Assembly (NCBI GenBank): GCA_947085185.1
Contig: CAMTVK010000014.1
Coordinates: forward strand, 1 to 55,005
Reading direction: 5' to 3'
Length of the DNA stretch: 55,005 nt
DNA from: Candidatus Fraserbacteria bacterium
GTDB lineage: Bacteria; Bipolaricaulota; Bipolaricaulia; RBG-16-55-9; DRXL01
Part shown: positions 9,601 through 17,730 of the stretch, one piece after another
Position numbering within the stretch: the first letter of the stretch is position 1
How the letters are laid out: every line of letters starts with the position of its first letter
Position numbers and translations under genes: made by a program
Notes under the pieces: generated by a model
Seen by the model: the letters and a program-made list of their open reading frames with translations, nothing else
Told to the model about the DNA's origin: nothing
The model's database searches: none

Positions 9601-9797
9601 TTCTCATCAGGATCGATCACCGTGAGGAACATCGTCTCGCCCACGCGCCAATATTGCTTGGGCGTCCCGTTAATATCCGTGAGAAGAACCTGGCCCTTAC
9701 TGGCCAGCGCTGCTGGAGCCATCGCGGTGACGCCCACAATCAAGGCGATCACGGCGATCAAGCTCGCCACCTGTACTCTGCTCTTCTTCACTTGCAT
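6615..9797 (-). CDS. Probable S-layer-like surface protein: five ETGxNTGxF-type Ig repeats, two inserted Ig/cohesin-like domains, T9SS type-A-like CTD
   Basis: AAGGAGG RBS; signal peptide; ETGTNTGVF, ETGPDTGVF, ETGVNTGVF, ETGPNTGLF plus one degenerate copy; ends VSNGVYLFMI..MKLVVLR. Confidence 0.8.
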   Translation of the reverse strand: MQVKKSRVQVASLIAVIALIVGVTAMAPAALASKGQVLLTDINGTPKQYWRVGETMFLTVIDPDENRDSDEVEFLQGSLVTQLGDEVPVVQVCAGPCPDYPGMVSGDHVSSMSGLVLQETGTNTGVFRSQTGILITKAMLGQPVNAGDLQLQVFDTDTIFVRYQDPTNPNDISIYLGKIYTGTTPGTRARAIISITDAGGNPISVTNIGRTIFVTVTDADENTSPTTIETVKATLVNARTKQSLELTLVETGPDTGVFRNVDGIVLVDPKNKGRSLGATEFEALDKDTILAFYQVPAGFVPVTIPPPTGTRTDVGESALIRCERVVPVRLNPGQESEITVRCTAKQPLTALIISDRPDPAFTVTGDTRGGTISPLAPGQKFEIKYRVRAGAAPGRFAITGSATPATAAGVADTVTWTSNIEVAAASGASAFAELKVTTVESPLVTVSRDIPDVIAANKEFTVKVKVTAKQALRALLVNDNVDGCTLVGGTVSKAGTISPLNPGQSFEHTYKLTCPEGPVTITGTVTPVTAAGAQAPVTVSSSFTVGAVPAAMLGMGDINDPHDFAVAQVKVAHRNPARISFTDATGREKTELRIGEDVFVQVEDRDQNADSDRVERVVVMIFDVNGGQELEVLTETGVNTGVFRNPGPLRIVPKAVASCPTPDDLTVFGKGPEVIFTPTVDEQNDGKLAVARDDVIYATYFDDDVAQIESIDEIKRALDAFDVIAITATIKPYAFDQFDKKLRFVDDAGRPISEYKVGMDVFVQLEDPTLNFSSDLVEQVPVIVLDRHTGDKECVTLQETGPNTGLFANQQGLPLRRGLPDEIKKGDGILQMQDRDNIEAHFQSADNPQDYAATSIGIIPLFEPPVAPVRPTVRFDPALIEIGKTFFIEVTDPNRSGTLIDAVTLTQLREGRVVKTIKVTVRQTAQAGVFRSDAIATGEPGSGATIEAQDGDTLKAEYAGADPATASLFSARFEVREFKATPIPATTKVTFQVVGSGIERTSVSVYSLSGQLVFNGSRAGASLEWAVSDVSNGVYLFMITATGKGQQTKTSKVMKLVVLR

Positions 9798-9995
9798 ACC
9801 TCCTTCTATTTGGGGTCTAAAGTAGTGCCGACATGCTCAAAACAGAAGACGTTCGCGCCGCCGCGAACGCCCGCTTCCACAATCCGTGCCTTTTTCGTAG
9901 TTGCGACCACCTCCCGATCAGAATGATCAAAACGTCTCGCCTTGGTCTGCTGCGTGAAAGCACAAGATACACTCCCAAGGTGTGAATTTGCCGAC

Positions 9996-10024
9996 ATTCT
10001 AACACCCACTCCCACGTTTGTCAA
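9996..10024 (-). promoter_or_regulatory. Proximal near-consensus promoter of the surface-protein operon
   Basis: TTGACA-17 nt-TAGAAT with TGn extended -10. Confidence 0.8.
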
Positions 10025-10143
10025 GTCGAACGTCACCTGAGCTCGTGGAGTGAGGCTCCTGGTACGCCCCTGTTCCCGCCCGAGCTGAGAGAAGCTCGGC
10101 TCTGCTCCACGTCGTTGCTCCCTCCCTTGGAAAACTTGGTTGT

Positions 10144-10172
10144 ATCTTAGCATAATCAGGCCTCGCTGTCAA
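10144..10172 (-). promoter_or_regulatory. Distal near-consensus promoter of the surface-protein operon
   Basis: TTGACA-17 nt-TAAGAT with TGn extended -10. Confidence 0.75.
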
Positions 10173-10342
10173 GCGGGGGCTCTCGCCCCACCTTTGGCCC
10201 TAGTCTACTCTGCATTCTCTGCTCACCCCAAGGACATCCGTCCCTCAGATACTATGATCTCGGTGCGCTCCCTCTTGTTATGCCCATCATACTCGCGCCC
10301 CTTCATGACAGGGATCAGCACCGAAGGTGCCCAAGTTCCCTG

Positions 10343-11314
10343 CTACGGCGTCCCGGACGTCCGTCGTCTCAGGGTGTGCCGCGCCGCCTCCGCGATCTTC
10401 TCCGCGGTCAGCCCGTAAGTAGCTAAGAGCTGCTCGGGTTTCCCCGACTGCCCAAATGTATCGGGCACACCCACGCGCACCAACGGGATGGCATGCTCGC
10501 AAAGAATCTCTGCTATGGCCCCACCCAAACCCCCAATCACTGAGTGCTCTTCGACGCTCACCGCGCAGCCCGTCATCGTCGCATAGTCAACCACTCTCCG
10601 ATCTAAGGGCTTGATCGTGGAGACGTTGACGACTTGCGCCGAGACACGCTCGCGCTCTAAGAGCTCCGCCGCTTGGAGACTGTAGAAGAGCATCAGCCCA
10701 CAGGCGAAGATCGTCACGTCGGTCCCCGGGCGCACCACGTGGGCTCGCCCCAGCTCAAACCGATAGCTCTCGTCGAAGACCACGGGAAAGGCCGCGCGCG
10801 CCAAGCGCATATAGACCGGCCCGGCATAGTCCGCAATCGCGAAGATCGCGCTCTTGGTCTCATAATAATCTGCCGGGACGATCACGGTCATATTGGGCAG
10901 AGCTCTCATGACCGCGATATCTTCGACGGTCTGGTGCGACGCGCCATCTTCACCGACAGTGATCCCTCCGTGGGTCGCAATGATCTTGACGGGCAGCTTG
11001 TTATACGCGATCGTCTGGCGTATCTGTTCGAACGCCTTTTCGACGAAGATCGCAAACGTGCTGACGAAGGGCTTTTTGCCCGAGAGGGCCAACCCCGCCG
11101 CGGCGCTCATCATATTGGCTTCGGCGACGCCAAAATCCAAGAATCTTTCGGGGAACTTCTCTTTGAACCAACTTAAGCGTGTCGAGCCGGGCAGGTCTGC
11201 CGTGAGCGCGACGATATCTTTATCTTGAGCACCTAATTCTACGAGCGCTTCGCCGAAGGCATTACGCGTCTCAAGGAACTTCACTCCGTGGTGGGGAGGG
11301 ATCGGAGTGCTCAT
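10343..11314 (-). CDS. Transketolase C-terminal subunit (split transketolase)
   Basis: [18 protein letters not shown] and VEEHS motifs; 323 aa. Confidence 0.9.
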   Translation of the reverse strand: MSTPIPPHHGVKFLETRNAFGEALVELGAQDKDIVALTADLPGSTRLSWFKEKFPERFLDFGVAEANMMSAAAGLALSGKKPFVSTFAIFVEKAFEQIRQTIAYNKLPVKIIATHGGITVGEDGASHQTVEDIAVMRALPNMTVIVPADYYETKSAIFAIADYAGPVYMRLARAAFPVVFDESYRFELGRAHVVRPGTDVTIFACGLMLFYSLQAAELLERERVSAQVVNVSTIKPLDRRVVDYATMTGCAVSVEEHSVIGGLGGAIAEILCEHAIPLVRVGVPDTFGQSGKPEQLLATYGLTAEKIAEAARHTLRRRTSGTP

Positions 11315-11727
11315 GGCTGCAGCTCTCCTTGGAGTCGCGTGCGCACAAACGAGACGACTTCATCGGCGAGCCGCACGGCCTGTTCGGCCGCATCGCGCGT
11401 GTAGACCCGCGCGGGAATGCTCCCTGGCAGACTATTAGGGTAGCGCGTCGGCACATAGTAGCCGTCTAAGATCCCCCAGTGACTGGCACGCTCGCCGAAG
11501 CGCGCGTCATAGCGGGCGGCTTCGTGGCAGAGCCGCTCGACCGAATGCCCCAGCACGATCTCTTTGCCCTGGGCATAGAGGAACGCCTTCAGGGCTTTCT
11601 CTGCGACTTGCTGGGCGAGAAAACACGCGATGTGATGGGCCCCCTCGTGGGCGAGATGGCGAGCCCATTTGAGATCCTCTTCGGCTTGTTCCAGCCAGCG
11701 CCGGCCCTCTTCAGTCGGCTCTCTCAT
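11311..11727 (-). CDS. HEPN domain protein
   Basis: [27 protein letters not shown] and YYVPTRYP motifs. Confidence 0.9.
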   Translation of the reverse strand: MREPTEEGRRWLEQAEEDLKWARHLAHEGAHHIACFLAQQVAEKALKAFLYAQGKEIVLGHSVERLCHEAARYDARFGERASHWGILDGYYVPTRYPNSLPGSIPARVYTRDAAEQAVRLADEVVSFVRTRLQGELQP

Positions 11728-12109
11728 AGATCATCTGTCCCCCTGCCAGGGCGTGCTTGAGAAACCCGCGCTCCCGCGCCTGGGCAAACTCTTCAGGCGT
11801 GTACACGATAAGATCGAGATCGACCTCCAGCGCCACCAACGCGGCCACACGCTCATAGAGCCGCGCGGTGCGCGTGAGGATCTCGTCCTCCGACCGCATG
11901 ACGACGAGCAGATCGAGATCGGTGCAAAGATCGCGCCGCCCGCGCACATACGAGCCAAACAGCCAGACACGCTCAACCTCGGGAATCTGCGCGAAGACCA
12001 GGGGCAGAGCCTCCACGACGCGTGCCAGCGCCTTGACGTATCGGTGACGCTCTTGCTCCAGACCGACTTCGCTTCCCTCTCCGCGTCGACGAGGGGTCTG
12101 CACACTCAT
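11711..12109 (-). CDS. Minimal nucleotidyltransferase (MNT), partner of HEPN
   Basis: [15 protein letters not shown] and [10 protein letters not shown] motifs. Confidence 0.9.
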   Translation of the reverse strand: MSVQTPRRRGEGSEVGLEQERHRYVKALARVVEALPLVFAQIPEVERVWLFGSYVRGRRDLCTDLDLLVVMRSEDEILTRTARLYERVAALVALEVDLDLIVYTPEEFAQARERGFLKHALAGGQMIYERAD

Positions 12110-12750
12110 CGCTGCAGCTTCTCCCAGTCTGACAGAAATTGCTGCAACCCCAGATCCGTCAAGGGGTGCTCAAAGAGCTTCTCAAAGACGCTATAGGGCA
12201 TCGTGGCGATATCCGCACCGGCCAACGCCGCCTCCACGACGTGCAGAGGATGGCGCACACTGGCCACGATCACTTCCGTGTCAAACCCGTAGGTATCAAA
12301 GATCTGAAGGATCTTGGAGACGAGCTCCATACCGTCTTCGCTGCGGTCGTCCAGACGCCCTACAAACGGGCTGACATAATCAGCCCCAGCTTTCGCGGCG
12401 ATGAGCGCCTGGCTTGGAGAAAAAATAAGCGTCACGTTGGTGGGGATGCCCTCGTCGGCGAGCGTGCGCACGGCCTTCATGCCCTCGCGGGTCATGGGGA
12501 TTTTTATGACGATATTGTCGCTCAATTCGGCCCAGCGCCGCGCCTCTTTGAGCATCCCCTCACAGTCGGTGCTGATCACTTCGGCGTTGACCGGGCCGGC
12601 TACGATCTGACAGATCTCTTTGATGACGGCGACGGGATCGCGGCCCTCTTTGGCTAACAGAGTCGGGTTGGTCGTGACGCCGTCTAAAACGCCCATTTCG
12701 TGGGCCTGCGCGATCTCCTTGACGCTAGCTGTGTCGAGAAAGAACTTCAT
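12106..12750 (-). CDS. tal: Short-type transaldolase
   Basis: [24 protein letters not shown]; Glu (NAEV) and Phe (SPF) residues favour transaldolase over FSA. Confidence 0.9.
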   Translation of the reverse strand: MKFFLDTASVKEIAQAHEMGVLDGVTTNPTLLAKEGRDPVAVIKEICQIVAGPVNAEVISTDCEGMLKEARRWAELSDNIVIKIPMTREGMKAVRTLADEGIPTNVTLIFSPSQALIAAKAGADYVSPFVGRLDDRSEDGMELVSKILQIFDTYGFDTEVIVASVRHPLHVVEAALAGADIATMPYSVFEKLFEHPLTDLGLQQFLSDWEKLQR

Positions 12751-12766
12751 GATGGCTGCCTCACCC

Positions 12767-13639
12767 TTAGCCCTCTGAGGTCCCTCCATCATATCGCAAA
12801 GCTCGCAGCCGCGCCAAGTTGATCGGATCGGACTGCTCGTCGTCCTTGGGGGTCTCTAAAATAAAGGGCTTGTCGCGCAACGCCGGGTGATTGACAATGA
12901 GGCGAAAGCCCTCAGTTCCAATGTGCCCCTGCCCGATGTGTTCGTGCCGGTCGCGGCGCGACCCCAGGGGGAACTTCGAGTCATTCACGTGAATGAGCTC
13001 GACGCGCTCCAGCCCGACCTCCCGATCAAGCTCTTGGAGGGTCTTCTCCAGCCCTTGAGGCGTCGTCAGGTCATAGCCGGCACAGAACGCATGGCACGTA
13101 TCGAGACAGACCCCGACTCGACTCGTGCCCTGGAGAGCTTTGAGTATAGCGCCCAGCTCCGCAAACGACGCGCCCAGCTCGGTCCCCTCACCCGCAGAAT
13201 TTTCCAGGAGGATCTTGACGGTGGGGGCGTTCTTCGCGTGAGGGCTGGCCAGCACCGTATGGAGCGCTTCGACGATGCGCTCCAGGCCCTTGGTGACCCC
13301 CTGGCCCATGTGCGCCCCAATGTGCGTATTGACGTGGGGGATTTTTAATGCTCCGGCGCGCTGCACTTCGTCCTGGAGGGCTTGGACGGAGCGCTTGAAA
13401 TTTTTCGGGTCGGGTGAAGCGAGATTGATCAAATAAATCGTATGGATGACGGCGTACTCGACGTGAGCGCGTTGGCGGCGCTCGATGAAGCGTTGCGCTT
13501 CGTCGGGCTTGATGGGGTCCATCCTCCAAGAGCGCGCATTGTGCGAAAAGATCTGGAGCGCGTTGATCTTGAGCTCTTCGGCGCGGGCGACGGCCCGCTC
13601 TAAGCCCCCCGCAATCGATAAGTGACAGCCCAACAGCAT
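12767..13639 (-). CDS. nfo: Endonuclease IV
   Basis: [40 protein letters not shown] motifs. Confidence 0.95.
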   Translation of the reverse strand: MLLGCHLSIAGGLERAVARAEELKINALQIFSHNARSWRMDPIKPDEAQRFIERRQRAHVEYAVIHTIYLINLASPDPKNFKRSVQALQDEVQRAGALKIPHVNTHIGAHMGQGVTKGLERIVEALHTVLASPHAKNAPTVKILLENSAGEGTELGASFAELGAILKALQGTSRVGVCLDTCHAFCAGYDLTTPQGLEKTLQELDREVGLERVELIHVNDSKFPLGSRRDRHEHIGQGHIGTEGFRLIVNHPALRDKPFILETPKDDEQSDPINLARLRALRYDGGTSEG

Positions 13640-13648
13640 AAGCGTTTG

Positions 13649-13730
13649 GAATCACGGAAGATCCACGCGGAACACACTGAAAAAGACCAGTCCGTGCTTT
13701 CCGTGGCTCATCCCGTGAGTTCCGTGATTC
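13649..13730. repeat. CACGGA/TCCGTG palindromic repeat, copy 2
   Basis: Between tatD and nfo; homologous to 139-222. Confidence 0.8.
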
Positions 13731-13767
13731 AGATTCTCACCGAGTATAATCGCACCGGTGCATCCCG

Positions 13768-14523
13768 TCAAAACCCAAAGAGTGCTCGCGCGTTGCGCGT
13801 CGTCGCCTGAGCGACTGCGTCAAATGAAATCTTTTTCATCTGCGCGACCGCCTGGGCGACGTAGCGCACGAAGCTCGGCTCGTTGCGCTTGCCCCGCATG
13901 GGCACCGGCGCTAGATACGGGGAGTCTGTCTCGATCAATAATCTCTCTAAGGGGATCTGAGCTACGGCGTCGCGCAGCGCCTGAGACTTCTCAAACGTGA
14001 CGATCCCGTTCACCGACAGAGAGAACCCCAGATCGAGCAGCTCCTGAGCCAGCGCCCAGTCCCCTGTGAAGCTGTGCACCACCCCGCGCACACCAGCGTG
14101 CTCACTGAGTATCTGTAAGAGATCGTCGGCGGCGTCGCGCAGGTGAATCACGACGGGCTTGCCAAGTCCTAACGCCAGCGCAAGCTGCGCGCGAAATGCG
14201 CGCTGTTGAGCCGCACGCGGCGCGTATTCTTTGAAATAATCCAAGCCGATCTCGCCGATGGCCACGACTTCGGGCTCAGCGCATAGCTTCTGAAGCTGCG
14301 TGAGCGTCTCTTCCTCTGTAAAGTGTTCGGCTTCGTGGGGATGCACCCCGGCCGTGCAGCGCAGCTCATACTTGCGCGCGATCTCCAGGGTCTTCCAGCT
14401 TGAGGCGACGTCCGTCGCGATAGAGATAATCTTGACGTTGGCCTCCAGGGCCCGCCGGATGACGTGCTCCCTATCGGTGTCAAACTGAGAGCTGTCTAGG
14501 TGCGCGTGACTGTCAATGAGCAT
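13768..14523 (-). CDS. tatD: TatD family nuclease
   Basis: DSHAHL, GVHPH, GEIGLD, ETDSPYLAP..RGKRNEP motifs. Confidence 0.95.
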   Translation of the reverse strand: MLIDSHAHLDSSQFDTDREHVIRRALEANVKIISIATDVASSWKTLEIARKYELRCTAGVHPHEAEHFTEEETLTQLQKLCAEPEVVAIGEIGLDYFKEYAPRAAQQRAFRAQLALALGLGKPVVIHLRDAADDLLQILSEHAGVRGVVHSFTGDWALAQELLDLGFSLSVNGIVTFEKSQALRDAVAQIPLERLLIETDSPYLAPVPMRGKRNEPSFVRYVAQAVAQMKKISFDAVAQATTRNARALFGF

Positions 14524-16073
14524 TATCTCTCAAACTCTTTCAGTACCCCTGGCAGCGCTTTCAAGACGTCCCCGGCGATCATCCCGCGTTCCCCCAAGGT
14601 GGGCTTGAGCACATCCGCGGCCCGCCCATGCAGATAGACCGCACAGACGCTTGCGGTTATGCTGTCAAGCCCCTGCGCCAGCAAGCCCCCAAGACAGCCC
14701 GTCAGCACGTCTCCTGTGCCGCCGCTGGCAAGACCAGAATTCCCTGTAGAATTTATAAAAATCTCGCCGTCGGGGGTCGCGGTCACCGTGGGGACGCCCT
14801 TGAGCACCAGCACACTGTGAAGCTGTTTCGCTGTCTGACGAGCGATGCCGACGCGATCGCGCTCGATCTCGTCTATGCTCTTAGGAATCAGCCGGGCGAG
14901 CTCCCCCGGATGGGGCGTGAGCACCGTCGGGGCTGTGCGCTGACCAAGAATCTTTTCAGCGTCGGTCCCCAGGGCGTTGAGCCCATCGGCATCGAGGACG
15001 AGGGGCTTGTCAGATGTGGCGACAAGCTGGCGTACTGTCTTGACAGTGTGGGGGTGGCGGCCCAGCCCCGGCCCCACCACCAGCACATCTGTGTCGTGAG
15101 AGAACTCGACAATGCGCGCCAGGGCAGCGCTCGCCACAGCGCCGTCAACCTCGGGCAGCCCCAGCTTAATGACTTCAGTGAGCTTCGCTTCCATCGCGGG
15201 CAAGAGACTCTCTGGCACGGCCAAATAGACCAACCCTGCGCCGGCGCGCAGGGCCGCCTCGGCGCAGAGCGCCGCCGCTCCTGTGTACCCCCGTGAGCCG
15301 GCAATCACTAAGACTTTGCCGTAGTCGCCCTTGTGGCTGTAGGGCTCGCGCTGCGGCAGGCGCTCCCGCACCCAGCCTGCGTCCACAAGTGTCATCATGC
15401 TGGCATACTGGTCTATCAGCATGCGGGGATACCCGAGCGGCTTCACCACCAGCTCGCCTGCGTACTGGCGCCCAGGGTAGAGCACCAATCCCAGCTTGGG
15501 CAGCTCGAACGTCACGGTTAAGTCGGCGCAGACTGCCGGGCCGAGCACCTGCCCCGTGTCGGCTTCGACTCCCGAGGGGATGTCTATGGCACAGACGAAC
15601 GCCGCACTGAGATTGATGAGCTCGATCGCTTTGGCGGCAAGATCGTGCGCTGTGCCGCGAAACCCCGTGCCGAAGAGCCCGTCTATCACAATATCAGCAT
15701 CGGCGAGGGCGCGGGCAAGCTTGGGCACGTCCCGGGGCTTTGTGCAGTGCTTCACCACCAATCCCAACTTGTGCAATATATCAGCTTGCTTGCGTGTCTC
15801 CGGAGAAAATTCTTTAAGGCTGCCCAGGGCGTGCACGTCGACAGACGCGCCCAGATCAAGCAGTCCTCGCGCGACCACAAGGCCGTCGCCTCCGTTGTTC
15901 CCCTTGCCGATGACGATGACGATCTTCTTGTGGGCGATCTTGGGAAATCGCGCGCAGAGCTCTGCGAGGACGGCGCGTCCGGCCAGCTCCATCAAGACCA
16001 AGCTGGGGATGCCCAGCTTCTCGATCGCGTGGCGGTCGAGCTCGGCCATCTGCGTGCCGCTGAGGACTTTCAT
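14523..16073 (-). CDS. nnr: Bifunctional NAD(P)H-hydrate epimerase/dehydratase (YjeF)
   Basis: GKGNNGGDG, DIPSG, HKGDYG, DADGLN, TPHPGE, GGTGDVL motifs. Confidence 0.95.
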   Translation of the reverse strand: MKVLSGTQMAELDRHAIEKLGIPSLVLMELAGRAVLAELCARFPKIAHKKIVIVIGKGNNGGDGLVVARGLLDLGASVDVHALGSLKEFSPETRKQADILHKLGLVVKHCTKPRDVPKLARALADADIVIDGLFGTGFRGTAHDLAAKAIELINLSAAFVCAIDIPSGVEADTGQVLGPAVCADLTVTFELPKLGLVLYPGRQYAGELVVKPLGYPRMLIDQYASMMTLVDAGWVRERLPQREPYSHKGDYGKVLVIAGSRGYTGAAALCAEAALRAGAGLVYLAVPESLLPAMEAKLTEVIKLGLPEVDGAVASAALARIVEFSHDTDVLVVGPGLGRHPHTVKTVRQLVATSDKPLVLDADGLNALGTDAEKILGQRTAPTVLTPHPGELARLIPKSIDEIERDRVGIARQTAKQLHSVLVLKGVPTVTATPDGEIFINSTGNSGLASGGTGDVLTGCLGGLLAQGLDSITASVCAVYLHGRAADVLKPTLGERGMIAGDVLKALPGVLKEFER

Positions 16074-16513
16074 AGTGGGAGCTCAACTCCTGGCACAAAC
16101 GGGTTGAAGAAGCGCACCCCTTCGATACGCCGCCCATGAGCGAAGTCTTCGCTGAGCACCATGGGGATCTGGTTGAGCCGTGCTGTGGCCCAAATCTGGG
16201 CGTCCCAGTAGCTGAACCCGTGTGCTACCACTCCGCGTACCGCTTCCTGAACGATCATTGGTGTCACGGGGAGGATTGTCCACGCCCGAAGATAGCTTTC
16301 CACACGCTCCCTAGCGGTCTTTGGGGGGAAGGGCTGTTGCAGCTTGCGTGTGAGCACAATGAACAGCTCCCCAAGCACTTGGGTGCTCAACGCGCTGATT
16401 CCTATCAGCTGATCGAGCACCTCCAGAGCGCGCGCTTGCTTCTCCGGCTCCGATCGATCATAAGCATATGCGAGCACATTCGTGTCGATGAGAAAAGCAC
16501 GTTGAATTGGCAT
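16070..16513 (-). CDS. PIN-domain VapC-like toxin (start may be 16540)
   Basis: IDTNVLAYAYD, STQVLGE, SYWDAQI, SEDF motifs. Confidence 0.9.
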   Translation of the reverse strand: MPIQRAFLIDTNVLAYAYDRSEPEKQARALEVLDQLIGISALSTQVLGELFIVLTRKLQQPFPPKTARERVESYLRAWTILPVTPMIVQEAVRGVVAHGFSYWDAQIWATARLNQIPMVLSEDFAHGRRIEGVRFFNPFVPGVELPL

Positions 16514-16514
16514 A

Positions 16515-16772
16515 CTAGTGCTCGCCTTCGTAGAGCTCATCTCGGTTCCATCGTCGGCTGCCCGCAATGGGACCTTGAGCCCTTAGCTTGCGAATAAACG
16601 CCTTCTCCCTCTCCCATGCCCCTACATCAGAAGCCATCAAGATCGCATCGGCTTCCAAGGCTTGATCGAGGGCCTGACGGATGAGCTCAGCTTCACTGCG
16701 CCCAAGCTGCTTGGCCAGGCGCTTAAGCCGCACTTCGTGACGGCGCTCAATATACACTTGCTTGCGAATCAT
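16515..16772 (-). CDS. CopG/RHH-type antitoxin
   Basis: RKQVYI..SEAELIRQAL and C-terminal WNRDELYE; directly upstream of the PIN gene. Confidence 0.85.
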   Translation of the reverse strand: MIRKQVYIERRHEVRLKRLAKQLGRSEAELIRQALDQALEADAILMASDVGAWEREKAFIRKLRAQGPIAGSRRWNRDELYEGEH

Positions 16773-16812
16773 ACATCGCATTATACATCGTTGATGAAAA
16801 GCCCGCTACGGC

Positions 16813-17730
16813 TCATAGCAGCGCCTCGACGAATTCGTCGGCTTGAAATGCTCTTAAGTCGTCGGCGCGCTCGCCTACCCCAATGAGCTTGATGGGCAGC
16901 TTGAGCGCGCTCGCAATCTGAATGAGAGAGCCGCCCTTGGCCGTGCCGTCCAGCTTCGTCACCACGATCCCCGTCACCGAAACGGCCTCGTGAAAGAGCT
17001 TCGCTTGGGCGATCGCGTTCTGCCCCGTCGTGCCGTCTATGACTAATAAGCGTTCGTCCACAGGCCGCCCCAGGCGCTTCTCCACAACTCTGTTGATTTT
17101 TTTCAGCTCTTCCATCAAGTTGTGCTTGGTGTGCAATCGTCCCGCGGTGTCGATAAAGAGCGCATCGGCGTGCTCACGCAGCGCGCGGTCTACCGCATCA
17201 AAGGCAACAGCCGATGGGTCAGCGTTCGCATGATGCTTGACAAGCTGCGCCCCAACGCGCTCCGCCCAAACCCCCAGCTGCTCCATAGCTGCCGCGCGAA
17301 ACGTATCTCCCGCGGCAAAGATGATCTTCTGTTTGCCAAAATCTTCGCGAAGATGCTGGGCGAGCTTGGCGATCGTCGTCGTCTTGCCCGAGCCGTTCAC
17401 CCCTATTATTAAGAAGACCGTGGGAGCACCGTCGGTTCTGAGGTTGAGCGCTCCTTCGGCCCGACGCAGTCGCTCTTTGAGAAGCTCTTTGAGAAGCCCC
17501 AGGACTTCCGAAGAGTCGTGCACGCCCCGCGCTGCCGCGCGCGCCCTCAGCGCCCCTATGAGCTCTCCTGTTGCGTCCGGGCCGACGTCGGCCGTGATCA
17601 AGATCTCCTCGAGCTCGCTGAGCAGCGCTTCGTCGAGGCGCCGCCCCGGCTGGAGCGCCTGCGCCAAGCGCCCCACGAACTGCTCATGGGTCTTTTTGAG
17701 CCCATCCTTCAGTCGCTGAAACCAGCTCAT
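16813..17730 (-). CDS. ftsY: SRP receptor GTPase
   Basis: GVNGSGKTTT, DTFRAAA, DTAGR, TKLDGTAKGG motifs. Confidence 0.97.
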   Translation of the reverse strand: MSWFQRLKDGLKKTHEQFVGRLAQALQPGRRLDEALLSELEEILITADVGPDATGELIGALRARAAARGVHDSSEVLGLLKELLKERLRRAEGALNLRTDGAPTVFLIIGVNGSGKTTTIAKLAQHLREDFGKQKIIFAAGDTFRAAAMEQLGVWAERVGAQLVKHHANADPSAVAFDAVDRALREHADALFIDTAGRLHTKHNLMEELKKINRVVEKRLGRPVDERLLVIDGTTGQNAIAQAKLFHEAVSVTGIVVTKLDGTAKGGSLIQIASALKLPIKLIGVGERADDLRAFQADEFVEALL

